A DNA stretch of 64,000 bases. It comes from Methanocorpusculum sp. (GTDB taxonomy: Archaea; Halobacteriota; Methanomicrobia; Methanomicrobiales; Methanocorpusculaceae). Positions within the stretch are counted from its first letter, which is position 1. Each line of letters starts with the position of its first letter. Below are positions 63,198 through 64,000 of this stretch, one piece after another. The notes under the pieces are model-generated. The model was not told the DNA's origin. It searched no databases and saw nothing but the letters and a program-made list of their open reading frames with translations. The stretch lies in NCBI GenBank assembly GCA_045639425.1, contig JAZUDC010000040.1:1536-65535 (forward strand), in the 5' to 3' direction. A program made the translations under genes and the position numbers.

Positions 63198-63253
63198 ATG
63201 CCATCAAAGGGTAAATAAGTAGGTGAAATGAACCGAAAAAAGGATGGGAGAAT

Positions 63254-63937
63254 TTATGCGTTGAACTTGCCGACTATCTTGACCTCAAGCGAGTCACAGC
63301 CACAGTTTATGATCAGGCCAGAGAGATCATCCTCAATCGAGTAGATTTCTCCGATTCTCAGGTATGAGCCCGTGTTTCCAAGGAGGTCGGTGTAGTCGAG
63401 CGTCATCGGGATGAAATCACCGACTTCGACCTCACTGATGTCGTAGCCGAGCGTCTTGAACTCATCGGCCGTGCACGGTACCATGACAGAGTACGGGCAT
63501 TCGACGTTGAACGTTGAACCGTAGTCCTGGCCAACAATGGCCTTTGCCATGGCGTTCAGCTCTTTTCCAAAGATTCCGTACGGGATGGTGGTGTTGCCAG
63601 TTCTGAGCATGATGGGGTAGTCGTTATCTGTAATGCTGGAGTTCGAGTCTGCAACCAGTCTGTATGGCGTCAGGTCATCGACCGAGTCTGCATAGTTTGA
63701 GAATGTCTTCGTCCCGTTGAGAGTGGAGGTGAAGTATATTGCTGCGGGATCCCCCTCTGCGACTATTCCGCTGGCTGTGCCTGTCTGATCTCCTTTGAAG
63801 AAGTTGGAGACGTTACTGAATGAGAGGACACACATCACCACCACAATGATGACAAAAAGGGAGACAGTAATCTGAATCCAGTTCTTCTTCTTTTTTTTAA
63901 CTGGAACAGATGTGTTTGATTTCTTCTGTACTGGCAT
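63254..63937 (-). CDS. Membrane-anchored hypothetical protein, weak FKBP-like features
   Basis: Poly-Lys, then one TM helix and an acidic extracellular domain; intact ORF. Confidence 0.6.
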   Translation of the reverse strand: MPVQKKSNTSVPVKKKKKNWIQITVSLFVIIVVVMCVLSFSNVSNFFKGDQTGTASGIVAEGDPAAIYFTSTLNGTKTFSNYADSVDDLTPYRLVADSNSSITDNDYPIMLRTGNTTIPYGIFGKELNAMAKAIVGQDYGSTFNVECPYSVMVPCTADEFKTLGYDISEVEVGDFIPMTLDYTDLLGNTGSYLRIGEIYSIEDDLSGLIINCGCDSLEVKIVGKFNA

Positions 63938-64000
63938 AATTGGAGTACTATTTGCATGTGGCGGTTAATAAATATGTGTGTTTTACCTACTTGCCTTACT

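Noticed and set aside
1-64000. CRISPR array, cas genes, rRNA, prophage or defence island
   Set aside because: No regularly spaced repeats or such genes were seen by eye; the GIY-YIG and MBL genes sit in housekeeping context.
1-64000. Impression of frequent CTAG sites and CTA codons as a mutational-bias signature
   Set aside because: Could not be counted or compared with relatives here; it needs a tetranucleotide observed/expected calculation.

Overview
Window from a hydrogenotrophic methanogenic archaeon of the Methanomicrobiales, most consistent with Methanocorpusculum (inferred from mer, cofD, gatDE, top6AB, LonB, Pus10, Cbf5, porCDAB and TPAP/PGF-type sorting tails; not database-checked). 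It carries about 50 intact housekeeping genes and 4 tRNAs (Val-GAC, Ser-TGA, Arg-TCG, Ser-GGA). Many pseudogenes and deletion-fused remnants are interspersed: thiC, DUF362 fused to a HEAT repeat, an IS481-like transposase, yerC/hisR, hisE, a PHP histidinol-phosphatase, def, possibly FTR, secreted/surface proteins, a TIM-barrel epimerase fused to a CorC/hemolysin, and a deoxyhypusine synthase-like fragment. This pattern suggests ongoing reductive evolution, as in host-associated or endosymbiotic methanogens. The most striking hidden structure is a pair of reciprocal chimeric junctions at ~23955 and ~39650. They imply a ~15.7 kb inversion with deletions that destroyed a Firmicutes-like, HisR/YerC-regulated histidine operon (a candidate palindromic operator survives) and a large surface-protein gene. 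Two promoter-associated intergenic hairpins are candidate small RNAs. No CRISPR array, rRNA or intact mobile element was seen.
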